Below are positions 27,524 to 35,515 of a stretch of 53,155 bases of DNA, piece after piece; position 1 is the first letter of the stretch, and every line of letters starts with the position of its first letter. The stretch covers positions 1 to 53,155 of the forward strand of contig WRJY01000338.1 of NCBI GenBank assembly GCA_009778355.1, read 5' to 3'. Source of the stretch: Desulfovibrionaceae bacterium (lineage in GTDB: Bacteria; Pseudomonadota; Gammaproteobacteria; Burkholderiales; Burkholderiaceae_C). The notes beneath the pieces are model-generated. The model was not told where the DNA came from, made no database searches, and saw nothing but the letters and a program-made list of their open reading frames with translations. A program made the translations under genes and the position numbers.

Positions 27524-29944
27524 ATGAGACAAACAGCAATTTTGATGGGAGCGGCGCTGGCGGGCCTGCCCGCCGCCACATGGGCGCAGGCCAGCGCACC
27601 CGTCGCCGAACTCGAAACTGTTACCGTCATCGGCGCGGCGCCGTTGCCGGGGCTGGACGTACCCAAGAACCGCATCCCCGCCAATGTGCAGAACGCCAGC
27701 GGCGAAGACATCGAGCGCAGCCAGGCGCCCGACCTGAGCAACTTCATGAATCGCCAGCTCGGCAGTGTGCACATCAACGAGGTGCAGAACAACCCGCTGC
27801 AACCGGACCTCAACTACCGCGGCTTCACCGCTTCGCCCCTGCTGGGCGCGCAGCAAGGCTTGTCGGTCTACATGGACGGCGTGCGTCTGAACCAGCCCTT
27901 CGGCGACGTGGTGAGCTGGGACCTCATCGCCAAAACCGCCATCTCCTCGATGGCGCTGATGCCCGGCTCCAATCCGCTGTTCGGTCTCAATACGCTGGGC
28001 GGCGCGGTGTCGATCCAGACCAGGAGCGGCTTCGACAGCCCCGGCAGCTCGGTGCAGTTGCTCGGCGGCTCCCATGGCCGCGGCTCGGCCGAGTTCCAGA
28101 CCGGCGGCAGCCGCGCCGATGGCTGGCACTGGTACGCCACGGGCAACGCCTTCCACGAAGATGGCTGGCGCCAGAGCTCGCCATCGGACGCGCAACAGTT
28201 CTTCGCCAAGGCGGGCAGGCGCACCGGCGGCGCCAGCGGCGGCGGCAATTCCAGCGATCTCTCGCTGACGCTGGCCCTGGCCAGCACCGGTCTCACCGGC
28301 AATGGCATGCAGGAACAAACCCTGCTGGAACGCGACTACGCCAGCATCTTCACCAAGCCCGACAACACCAAGAACCGCGCCGCGCTGCTGAACCTCGCGC
28401 TCAGCCACGAGATCGACAGCAACCACACCCTGACCGCCAACCTCTACTACCGCCACATCCGCACCCGCACCTACAACGGCGACGTGAACGACGATTCCTA
28501 CGGCGAAAACCTCTACCTTGCCAGCGCCGGCGAGACCGCCGCCAGCTACCCGCCTTTCCCCTACCTGCGCTGCCTGGCCGAAGCGCGGAGCGACGACGGC
28601 GAACCCTCCGAAAAGTGCAACGGCGTCATCAACCAGACCCAAACCAGGCAATACAACTACGGCATCGGCGCACAATACAACGCGCAAAACAAGCTGTTTG
28701 GCCTGCCGCACCAGTGGATGATCGGCGGCGCCCTGGACGCCGCGCGCATTCACTTCACGCAAGGCTCGGAGCTGGGCTACATCAACCCCGACCGCTCCAT
28801 CACCGGCGTCGGCGTGTTTGGCGATGGCTCGGTCAGCACCAACGAAGGAGAGGTTTACGACACCCGCGTCAACCTGAAAGGCAGCACCTCTACCTTCAGC
28901 CTGTTCGGCAGCAGCATGCTCTCGCTTGACGACCGCACGGCGCTGACCCTGGCAGGCCGCTACAACCGCTTTCACATCAGCAACCGTGACCGCATCAACC
29001 CCGGCGGCAGCGGTGGTTCGCTGGACGGCAACTACACCTATCAGCGATTCAACCCCGCCGTGGGTCTGACCTACACGCCCGTCAAGAACTTCACCGCCTA
29101 CGCCGGCATCAACCAGGGCAGCCGCGCGCCGTCCTCCATCGAACTGGGCTGCGCCGATCCCGACAACCCCTGCAAGCTGCCCAACGCCTTCGCTGGCGAT
29201 CCGCCGCTCAAACAAGTCGTCACCACCACCACTGAAATCGGCGTGCGCGGCAAGACCGCTGGCGGGCTGGTATGGAATGCCGGCCTGTTTCGCTCCGACA
29301 ACCGCGATGACCTGCTGTTCGTCGCCAACGACGCCAGCGGCTTCGGTCACTTCAGGAATTTCGGCAAAACGCGCCGCCAGGGCGTTGAACTCGGCTTGGC
29401 GATGCCGCTGGCCAAGTCACTGATGGTCGGCGCCAATTACACCTTTCTCGACGCCACATTCCGCAGCAGCGAAACCATCGGCGGCGCGGCCAACAGCAGC
29501 AGCAACGCTGACGGCAACATCCGCATCCGTCCCGGCGACCGCATCCCGATGACGCCCAGGCAGATGCTCAAGCTCTTCGTCGACTGGCAAGTCACGCGCC
29601 AATGGTCACTCGGCGGCGATCTGATCGCCATCGGCGGCAGCGCCGCTCGCGGCAACGAGAACGGCCTGAACCAGCCCGACGGCATCAACTACCTGGGTTC
29701 AGGCCGCAGCCCCGGCTATGCGGTGCTCAACCTGAGCTCTGCCTACGAACCACGCCGTGGCCTGCGCTTCTTTGTTCAGATCAACAACGTCTTCAACCAC
29801 CGCTACAGCACCGCCGCGCAACTCGGCGCAACGCCCTTCGACGCCAATGGCAGCGTGATGTACCGCTCGTTCAGCAACTCGACCTTCCTGTCGCCTGGCG
29901 CGCCGCGATCCATCTGGGTGGGAATGAATTACAGGTTCGAGTAG
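27524..29944 (+). CDS. TonB-dependent outer-membrane receptor (candidate lanthanide/metallophore uptake)
   Basis: Signal peptide; TonB box ETVTV; plug NPLQPDLNYRGF.ASPLLG..QG.SVY.DGVR.N, GSNPLFGLNTLGGA; Cys loop ELGCADP..PC.LPN; C-terminal YRFE. Confidence 0.9.
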   Translation: MRQTAILMGAALAGLPAATWAQASAPVAELETVTVIGAAPLPGLDVPKNRIPANVQNASGEDIERSQAPDLSNFMNRQLGSVHINEVQNNPLQPDLNYRGFTASPLLGAQQGLSVYMDGVRLNQPFGDVVSWDLIAKTAISSMALMPGSNPLFGLNTLGGAVSIQTRSGFDSPGSSVQLLGGSHGRGSAEFQTGGSRADGWHWYATGNAFHEDGWRQSSPSDAQQFFAKAGRRTGGASGGGNSSDLSLTLALASTGLTGNGMQEQTLLERDYASIFTKPDNTKNRAALLNLALSHEIDSNHTLTANLYYRHIRTRTYNGDVNDDSYGENLYLASAGETAASYPPFPYLRCLAEARSDDGEPSEKCNGVINQTQTRQYNYGIGAQYNAQNKLFGLPHQWMIGGALDAARIHFTQGSELGYINPDRSITGVGVFGDGSVSTNEGEVYDTRVNLKGSTSTFSLFGSSMLSLDDRTALTLAGRYNRFHISNRDRINPGGSGGSLDGNYTYQRFNPAVGLTYTPVKNFTAYAGINQGSRAPSSIELGCADPDNPCKLPNAFAGDPPLKQVVTTTTEIGVRGKTAGGLVWNAGLFRSDNRDDLLFVANDASGFGHFRNFGKTRRQGVELGLAMPLAKSLMVGANYTFLDATFRSSETIGGAANSSSNADGNIRIRPGDRIPMTPRQMLKLFVDWQVTRQWSLGGDLIAIGGSAARGNENGLNQPDGINYLGSGRSPGYAVLNLSSAYEPRRGLRFFVQINNVFNHRYSTAAQLGATPFDANGSVMYRSFSNSTFLSPGAPRSIWVGMNYRFE

Positions 29945-29982
29945 CGCGCGGTTCCTTTTCTCCTGGTTGCAAGCGAAAGCAT

Positions 29983-32103
29983 TCAGAACCGGTACACCCC
30001 ACTGGCGCCAACCATCCAGTTGCGTCTGGGCGAGGGTTCGAAATAGCGGCCATTGCCTTCGTTGACGATGACCGAACCGATGTAGCGTTTGTCGAACACG
30101 TTATCGACGCGCGCGAAAGCGCTCAATTCCCAGTGCCCCCGTTGCTTGACGTAGCCGGCGAACAGCGCCGTCACGCCATAGCCCGGCGCGCTGGCGGTAT
30201 TGAGGTCGTTGGCCTGAACCTTGCCGGCCGCGCGCACTTCCGCGCCGACGCGCCAGCCCTCGGGCGGCATCCAGCCGAACGAGGCAAAAAGCGTCTGCGC
30301 CGCAATACCCGGAATGCGGTTGCCCGCCGCCACCAGGCTGCCCGCGGGGCAAGGCTGCACCGGACAAAACGAATCGCTGTAGCGCGCATCGATCCACGTG
30401 TAGGCCAGCAGCGTGCGCCAGTGCCGGTCGGTTTCATGCTGCCAGGCCAGCTCCAGCCCCTTGCGCCTGGTTCGCCCGGCGTTTTGGAAGCTGGCCCGCC
30501 CGCCCACGTTGGCGGCGGTCACGATTTCGTTTTTGGTGACGGTCTCGAACAGCGCCGCCGTCAGCAAACCGCCCGCCAAACGCGCCTTGGCGCCGATTTC
30601 GATGTTGTCGTTGGTTGCGGGCTTCAACGCGAAGTTCAGCCCCCCCAGCCCGTCGGGCCGGTACGACAGCTCATTGAGCGTGGGCGTCTCGAATCCGCGC
30701 CCGGCAGAAACGTATAACGCCAAATTGCGCGTCGCTGCGTAACGCAATGAGGCCGCTGGCAGTAGCCTGGCGTAGCGCGCGCTGCCGCTGTCGTCGCCGT
30801 TGCCGTCAACGATATAGCGGTCGTGCGAATCGAAGCGAACCTGGCTGCGGCGCACCCCGGCTTCAAGCGTCCACTGATCGGCGAACGCCCAACTGGATTG
30901 AAGGTAGGGATCGGTATTGCCGATGTGGTTGATCTCGTTGCGGCGCAACTGCCCCTGCACGCCAAGGATCGGATCGGCGATGCCGCCAACGTAATTTTCA
31001 TACCCCGTGCGGTGCTCGCGCATGTGGTCGTAGCCCAGCCCCGCCACCAGTTCCAGAGGGCGCCCGACCAGCTTCATCTTCGATGTCCATCGCAGATCGA
31101 CGCCCGCGTAGGCGCGCGAGAGGTTCACCAGGCCACCGGCGCTCGTGGGGCTCGCCTGCGCCGCCGGCGGCAGAGCCAGGTACTGCACAGTCTTGCGTTC
31201 GCCCGCATAGAGCATCACGCGCAGCGCATTGGCCGCGTTGATGCGGCGCTCGTACAGCAGGCCGCCTTGCGATTGATTCACGGTCTTGCGCGTATCGTAC
31301 TGGCTGGCGATATCGGCGCTGCGCGGGTTCAGGGCGTATTGCGCGGCTGTCAGGCCCAGCGGATCCTGGGCATGAATGTTCACGCCGTTGGCGATCAGCG
31401 TGAGCCGGCTGGCATCGTCGAGCGCCATGCCTATCTTGGCATTGAAGATGTTGCGCTGCGCCTGGCTGTGATCGCGGTAGCCGCCGGTCGAAAAATGGCT
31501 GGCGCTGAGCACGTAATCGATCGCGCCCGAAGAGCCGCTGACCTTGGCGCCGACACGCGAAGTGCCGAAGCTGCCGCCGGCCACCGAAAGGCCCAGCGCC
31601 GGCGGGCCGTCGCCGGTTTCGGTGAACGCCTGCACCACGCCGCCCGATGAATTGCCATAGAGCGCGGAAAACGGCCCCCGCAGCACCTCGACCCGATCGA
31701 TCGAGCCCAGGTCGATGTTGGATACCTGCCCCTGCCCATCCGGCATCGTGGCAGGAATGCCGTCCACATACAGCCGCACGCCGCGCACGCCGAAGGTGGA
31801 GCGCGCGCCAAAGCCGCGTATCGACAACTGCAAATCCTGCGCGTAGTTCTGCCGGTTCTGGATTTGCAGCCCTGGCACCTGGCCCAGCCCTTCGGAGAGG
31901 TTCACGCCGAGGCGATCGGAGCGGATATCGCCGCCTTCCACGCGGTCCACCGACCCGGCCACATCAAAAACCGGCGCCGGGCCGCGCGGCGCCGACACCG
32001 TGACCTCGCCCAACGTCGGCGCTGCCGTCTGCTCCTGCGCCGCCAGCGGCATCGCCGACAGCAGGCAGCCCACGGCAAGCGTGGTTTTTTTCATCGTCGT
32101 CAT
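29983..32103 (-). CDS. pqqU: YncD/PqqU-family TonB-dependent receptor (probable PQQ uptake)
   Basis: ATG 32103. The plug QNRQNYAQDLQLSIRGFGARSTFGVRGVRLYVDGIPATMPDGQGQ, plus GFETPT.NELSYR and GSVIVNE.NGRYFEP, is characteristic of E. coli YncD (PqqU). C-terminal YRF. Confidence 0.85.
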   Translation of the reverse strand: MTTMKKTTLAVGCLLSAMPLAAQEQTAAPTLGEVTVSAPRGPAPVFDVAGSVDRVEGGDIRSDRLGVNLSEGLGQVPGLQIQNRQNYAQDLQLSIRGFGARSTFGVRGVRLYVDGIPATMPDGQGQVSNIDLGSIDRVEVLRGPFSALYGNSSGGVVQAFTETGDGPPALGLSVAGGSFGTSRVGAKVSGSSGAIDYVLSASHFSTGGYRDHSQAQRNIFNAKIGMALDDASRLTLIANGVNIHAQDPLGLTAAQYALNPRSADIASQYDTRKTVNQSQGGLLYERRINAANALRVMLYAGERKTVQYLALPPAAQASPTSAGGLVNLSRAYAGVDLRWTSKMKLVGRPLELVAGLGYDHMREHRTGYENYVGGIADPILGVQGQLRRNEINHIGNTDPYLQSSWAFADQWTLEAGVRRSQVRFDSHDRYIVDGNGDDSGSARYARLLPAASLRYAATRNLALYVSAGRGFETPTLNELSYRPDGLGGLNFALKPATNDNIEIGAKARLAGGLLTAALFETVTKNEIVTAANVGGRASFQNAGRTRRKGLELAWQHETDRHWRTLLAYTWIDARYSDSFCPVQPCPAGSLVAAGNRIPGIAAQTLFASFGWMPPEGWRVGAEVRAAGKVQANDLNTASAPGYGVTALFAGYVKQRGHWELSAFARVDNVFDKRYIGSVIVNEGNGRYFEPSPRRNWMVGASGVYRF

Positions 32104-32172
32104 GAACAATTCACATCCTCGGCGCCGTGGACGGCGACACCGCCACACCGCACCCCCTTCAACTCTCGAACC

Positions 32173-32544
32173 TCAGACGGCGCCTGCGCCCTGCAACTCG
32201 GCCCATTCGGCATCGGTGAACAGGCGCGAGCGGGTCAGGAAGGCTTTTCCGGTCGAGCCTTCGAGCGAAAAAGTGCCGCCGTAGCCGTCGATGACGTCGA
32301 TGATGAGTTGCGTGCGCTTCCAGTATTCGTATTGCGCCGCACCGATGTAGAAGGGCACGCCGCCGATGTCGCCCAGATGCACGTCATGGGCGCCGATGGT
32401 CAATTCGCCTTCCAGGTAACAGTTGGGGGCGCTATTGTCGCAGCAGCCGCCGGACTGATGGAACATCAGCCGCGGGCCGTGTTGCGCCTTCAATTCGGCG
32501 ATGAGCCGCAACGCGGCCGGCAGGGCCACCACGCGATCGACCAT
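32173..32544 (-). CDS. DUF779 domain protein
   Basis: MFHQSGGCCD.S.P.CY, QYEYWK.TQLIIDV, FSLE and FLTRSRLF; usual partner of this ALDH family. Confidence 0.9.
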   Translation of the reverse strand: MVDRVVALPAALRLIAELKAQHGPRLMFHQSGGCCDNSAPNCYLEGELTIGAHDVHLGDIGGVPFYIGAAQYEYWKRTQLIIDVIDGYGGTFSLEGSTGKAFLTRSRLFTDAEWAELQGAGAV

Positions 32545-32578
32545 GAGGCTGTCTCCCCGGCGAATCGGCGCCGCCGCT

Positions 32579-34099
32579 TCAGAAAAAGCCCAGTTTCTGC
32601 TCGCCGTAGCTGACCAGCAGGTTCTTTGTCTGCTGGTAGTGGTCGAGGATCACCTTGTGGGTTTCGCGGCCAATGCCCGATTCCTTGTAGCCGCCGAAGG
32701 CCGCGTGCGCCGGATAGACGTGGTAGCAGTTGGTCCACACGCGGCCAGCCTTGATGGCGCGGCCCATGCGGTAGGCGACGTTGCCGTTGCGGCTCCAGAC
32801 GCCGGCGCCCAGGCCATACAGGGTGTCGTTGGCAATGGCCAGCGCCTGCGCTTCGTCCTTGAAGGTGGTCACCGCCAGCACCGGGCCGAAGATTTCCTCC
32901 TGGAAGATGCGCATCTTGTTGTGGCCCTTGAACACCGTCGGCTGGACGTAATAACCGCCAGCCAGTTCGCCCGGCAGTTGCGCGCGCGCACCGCCGGTCA
33001 GCACCTGCGCGCCTTCCTGCCGGCCCAGGTCGAGATAGGAAACGATCTTGTTGATCTGCTCCATCGAGGCCTGCGCGCCGAGCATGGTGCCGGTGTCCAG
33101 CGGGTTGCCCTGCTTGATGGCGGCGACGCGGGCCAGGCAGCGTTCCATGAAACGGTCGTAGATCGACTCCTGGATCAGCGCCCGGCTCGGGCAGGTACAC
33201 ACCTCGCCCTGATTGAGGGCGAACAGCACCAGTCCTTCGATGGCCTTGTCCAGAAAGCTGTCGTCCTGGGCCATGACATCCTCGAAGAAGATGTTGGGCG
33301 ACTTGCCGCCCAGCTCCAGCGTGGCCGGGATCAGGTTGTTGGCGGCGGCCTGCGCGATGACGCGGCCCGTGGAAGTCGAGCCGGTGAAGGCGATCTTGGC
33401 GATGCGCTTGCTGGTGGCCAGCGGCATCCCGGCCTCGCGGCCAAAACCGTTGACCACGTTGAGCACGCCCGGCGGCAGCAGGTCGGCAATCAGCTCGACG
33501 AGCAGCAGGATCGAGATCGGCGTCTGCTCCGCCGGCTTGAGCACCACGCAGTTGCCCGCGCCCAGGGCCGGCGCCAGCTTCCAGGCCGCCATCAGCAGCG
33601 GGAAGTTCCATGGAATGATCTGCCCCACCACGCCGAGCGGCTCGTGAAAATGGTAGGCCACGGTGTGCTCGTCGATTTCGGACAGCGCGCCTTCCTGCGC
33701 CCGCAGGCAACCGGCGAAATAGCGGAAGTGATCGACGGACAGCGGCACATCGGCATTCAGCGTTTCGCGCATCGGCTTGCCGTTGTCTATGGTCTCGGCG
33801 TAGGCCAGCAGTTCGAGGTTGGCCTCGATGCGGTCGGCGATCTTGAGCAGAATGCCCGATCGCTCGGCCGGCGCGGTGCGGCCCCACTTGCCGGCAGCGG
33901 CATGCGCGGCGTCGAGCGCCAGCTCGATATCCTCGGCGCTGGAGCGGGCCGCCTTGGTGTAGGGCTTGCCGTTGATGGGTGAGACGACATCGAAGTACTG
34001 CCCCTTCACGGGCGCGACCCACTGGCCGCCGATGAAGTTGTCGTACCGTGCCTTGTAATGGACTTTGGCGCCAGCGGCGCCGGGGGCTGCGTAGAGCAT
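32579..34099 (-). CDS. NAD-dependent aldehyde dehydrogenase (ExaC/AcoD/AldB-type)
   Basis: ATG 34099 with AGGAG RBS; [43 protein letters not shown] and FGGYK.SGIGRE. Confidence 0.95.
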   Translation of the reverse strand: MLYAAPGAAGAKVHYKARYDNFIGGQWVAPVKGQYFDVVSPINGKPYTKAARSSAEDIELALDAAHAAAGKWGRTAPAERSGILLKIADRIEANLELLAYAETIDNGKPMRETLNADVPLSVDHFRYFAGCLRAQEGALSEIDEHTVAYHFHEPLGVVGQIIPWNFPLLMAAWKLAPALGAGNCVVLKPAEQTPISILLLVELIADLLPPGVLNVVNGFGREAGMPLATSKRIAKIAFTGSTSTGRVIAQAAANNLIPATLELGGKSPNIFFEDVMAQDDSFLDKAIEGLVLFALNQGEVCTCPSRALIQESIYDRFMERCLARVAAIKQGNPLDTGTMLGAQASMEQINKIVSYLDLGRQEGAQVLTGGARAQLPGELAGGYYVQPTVFKGHNKMRIFQEEIFGPVLAVTTFKDEAQALAIANDTLYGLGAGVWSRNGNVAYRMGRAIKAGRVWTNCYHVYPAHAAFGGYKESGIGRETHKVILDHYQQTKNLLVSYGEQKLGFF

Positions 34100-34322
34100 G
34101 AATGTCTCCTGTTTGATTTGAGAGAGGGGGGCGCGAAAAATGGGCGTGTACTCTTTAGTGTGCTGTCTCACCAATACCTTCACACGATGAAATCGATGGA
34201 TTCGCGTTCAGGGCAAGGCATTTGTGAGACGGCACACCAGCTTGCGGCGCTCGTTTGATTTTCATGATACTCCTCGGCCATCGTCAAGGATGCGTGGTTG
34301 GCAGGGCGGTGGCGGCGCTTTT

Positions 34323-34577
34323 TCAGAGCGGTTTCGATGCCGCGCGCGTTCCGCTTTCGAGCAGGGCGCGGTGCGCGAGCACCGCGTCTCGCACTGGCGG
34401 GTGCAGGGCGGCAGCGCCTCCACGGTCGATGAGTTGCAGCAGTTCCGCGCGCATGATCGGCGCCCAGTTGCGCTTGATGTGCTGCGCGATCTGTTCGAGC
34501 GCCTCCTGGCGATCGGGCATGGCGAGAAAGAACTCGCCGATGCGGTTGGCCATGTACACGAGGTTGTCGGCATTCAT
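34323..34577 (-). CDS. fdsD: Formate dehydrogenase delta subunit
   Basis: L.YMAN.IG.FF, IA.HI...W.P.MR and LHP.V; ATGA-coupled to fdhD. Confidence 0.9.
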   Translation of the reverse strand: MNADNLVYMANRIGEFFLAMPDRQEALEQIAQHIKRNWAPIMRAELLQLIDRGGAAALHPPVRDAVLAHRALLESGTRAASKPL

Positions 34578-35515
34578 GAGAAACGCTCCTGCAAGGCATT
34601 GCCGAACACGCGCCCGGCGTGGCTGTAGGCGACCAGGTCGTCGCCACGGGCGAATCCCACCAGGCACAGGCCCGCCTCCCTGGCCAGGTCGAGAGCCATG
34701 GTCGTGGGCGCCGACATGGCCGCCAGCGTGCCGACGCCCGCCAGCACGGTTTTTTGCGCCATCTCGAAACTGGCCCGGCTGGTCACGCACAGAAAGCCGC
34801 CGCCAAGGTCTTGCGCCGCGCGCAGGGCCGCGCCAATGACCTTGTCCAGCGCGTTGTGCCGCCCCACATCCTCGCGCATGTGGCCCAGCGTTCCGTCGGC
34901 CCGGCACCACGCGGCGGCGTGCGTTGCGCCGGTGGCGCGCTGCAAGACTTGCCGTTGGCGCATCTCCTCGATGCCTCGGGCGATGGCTTGCGGCGCGATG
35001 CCCGGCGCGCCGCCAACGCGCGGCAGCGGCAGCCGCACCTGGCCGAGCGCCTGCGCGCCGCACAGGCCGCAGCCGGTGCGGCCGGCCATCGTCCGGCGGC
35101 GCTGTTTCAGGCGCTCGAAGCTGGCGCTGGCGATGTCCAGCTCCACCGTGAAGCCCTCGGCGGCGGCGTGGACTTCCACGCCATAGAGCTGCGCGGGGCT
35201 GGCGAGCAGCCCCTCGGTGATGGCAAAGCCCAGCGCCAGGTCTTCCAGGTCGGCGGGCGTGGCCATCATGACGGCGTGCGAGATGCCGTTGAACGACAGC
35301 GCCACCGGCGCTTCCTCGGCCAGCCAGTCGGCGCCGGTGTGCACGCCGCCGCCGCCGCGGCGCGCCGCCACGCGCGCCACCCGCGCGCCCGCAAGGCCGT
35401 CGCAAAACGCTTTCGCCCCCTCTTGCCCATCCCCTCCCCTGCAAGGGGTGAGGGGAGCAAGAAAGCTTTCGCGGCAGTTTTCCGCGGCTGCAAAAGGGGT
35501 ATCGGCGATTTTCAT
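34574..35515 (-). CDS. fdhD: Formate dehydrogenase accessory sulfurtransferase FdhD/FdsC with N-terminal repeat-derived insertion
   Basis: ATG 35515 overlaps the fdsA stop; motifs EEAPVAL, VMMATP.DL, GRTGCGLCG, TGATHAA, EDVGRHNALDK, TSRASFEM and SAPT. Confidence 0.92.
   Translation of the reverse strand: MKIADTPFAAAENCRESFLAPLTPCRGGDGQEGAKAFCDGLAGARVARVAARRGGGGVHTGADWLAEEAPVALSFNGISHAVMMATPADLEDLALGFAITEGLLASPAQLYGVEVHAAAEGFTVELDIASASFERLKQRRRTMAGRTGCGLCGAQALGQVRLPLPRVGGAPGIAPQAIARGIEEMRQRQVLQRATGATHAAAWCRADGTLGHMREDVGRHNALDKVIGAALRAAQDLGGGFLCVTSRASFEMAQKTVLAGVGTLAAMSAPTTMALDLAREAGLCLVGFARGDDLVAYSHAGRVFGNALQERFS
35394..35477. mobile_element. MITE-like palindromic element with imperfect terminal inverted repeats, in frame within the 5' end of fdhD
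   Basis: Left end aggccgtcgcaaaacgcttt (35394-35413); right end aaagctttcgcggcag (35462-35477, imperfect inverse). The internal 35416-35457 resembles the reverse complement of the 7251-7287 repeat. Confidence 0.6.

Noticed and set aside
34230-34246. GGCAC...TTGC sigma54-like site upstream of the ALDH
   Set aside because: Spacing is N11 rather than N10, and it lies on the strand opposite to the ALDH.
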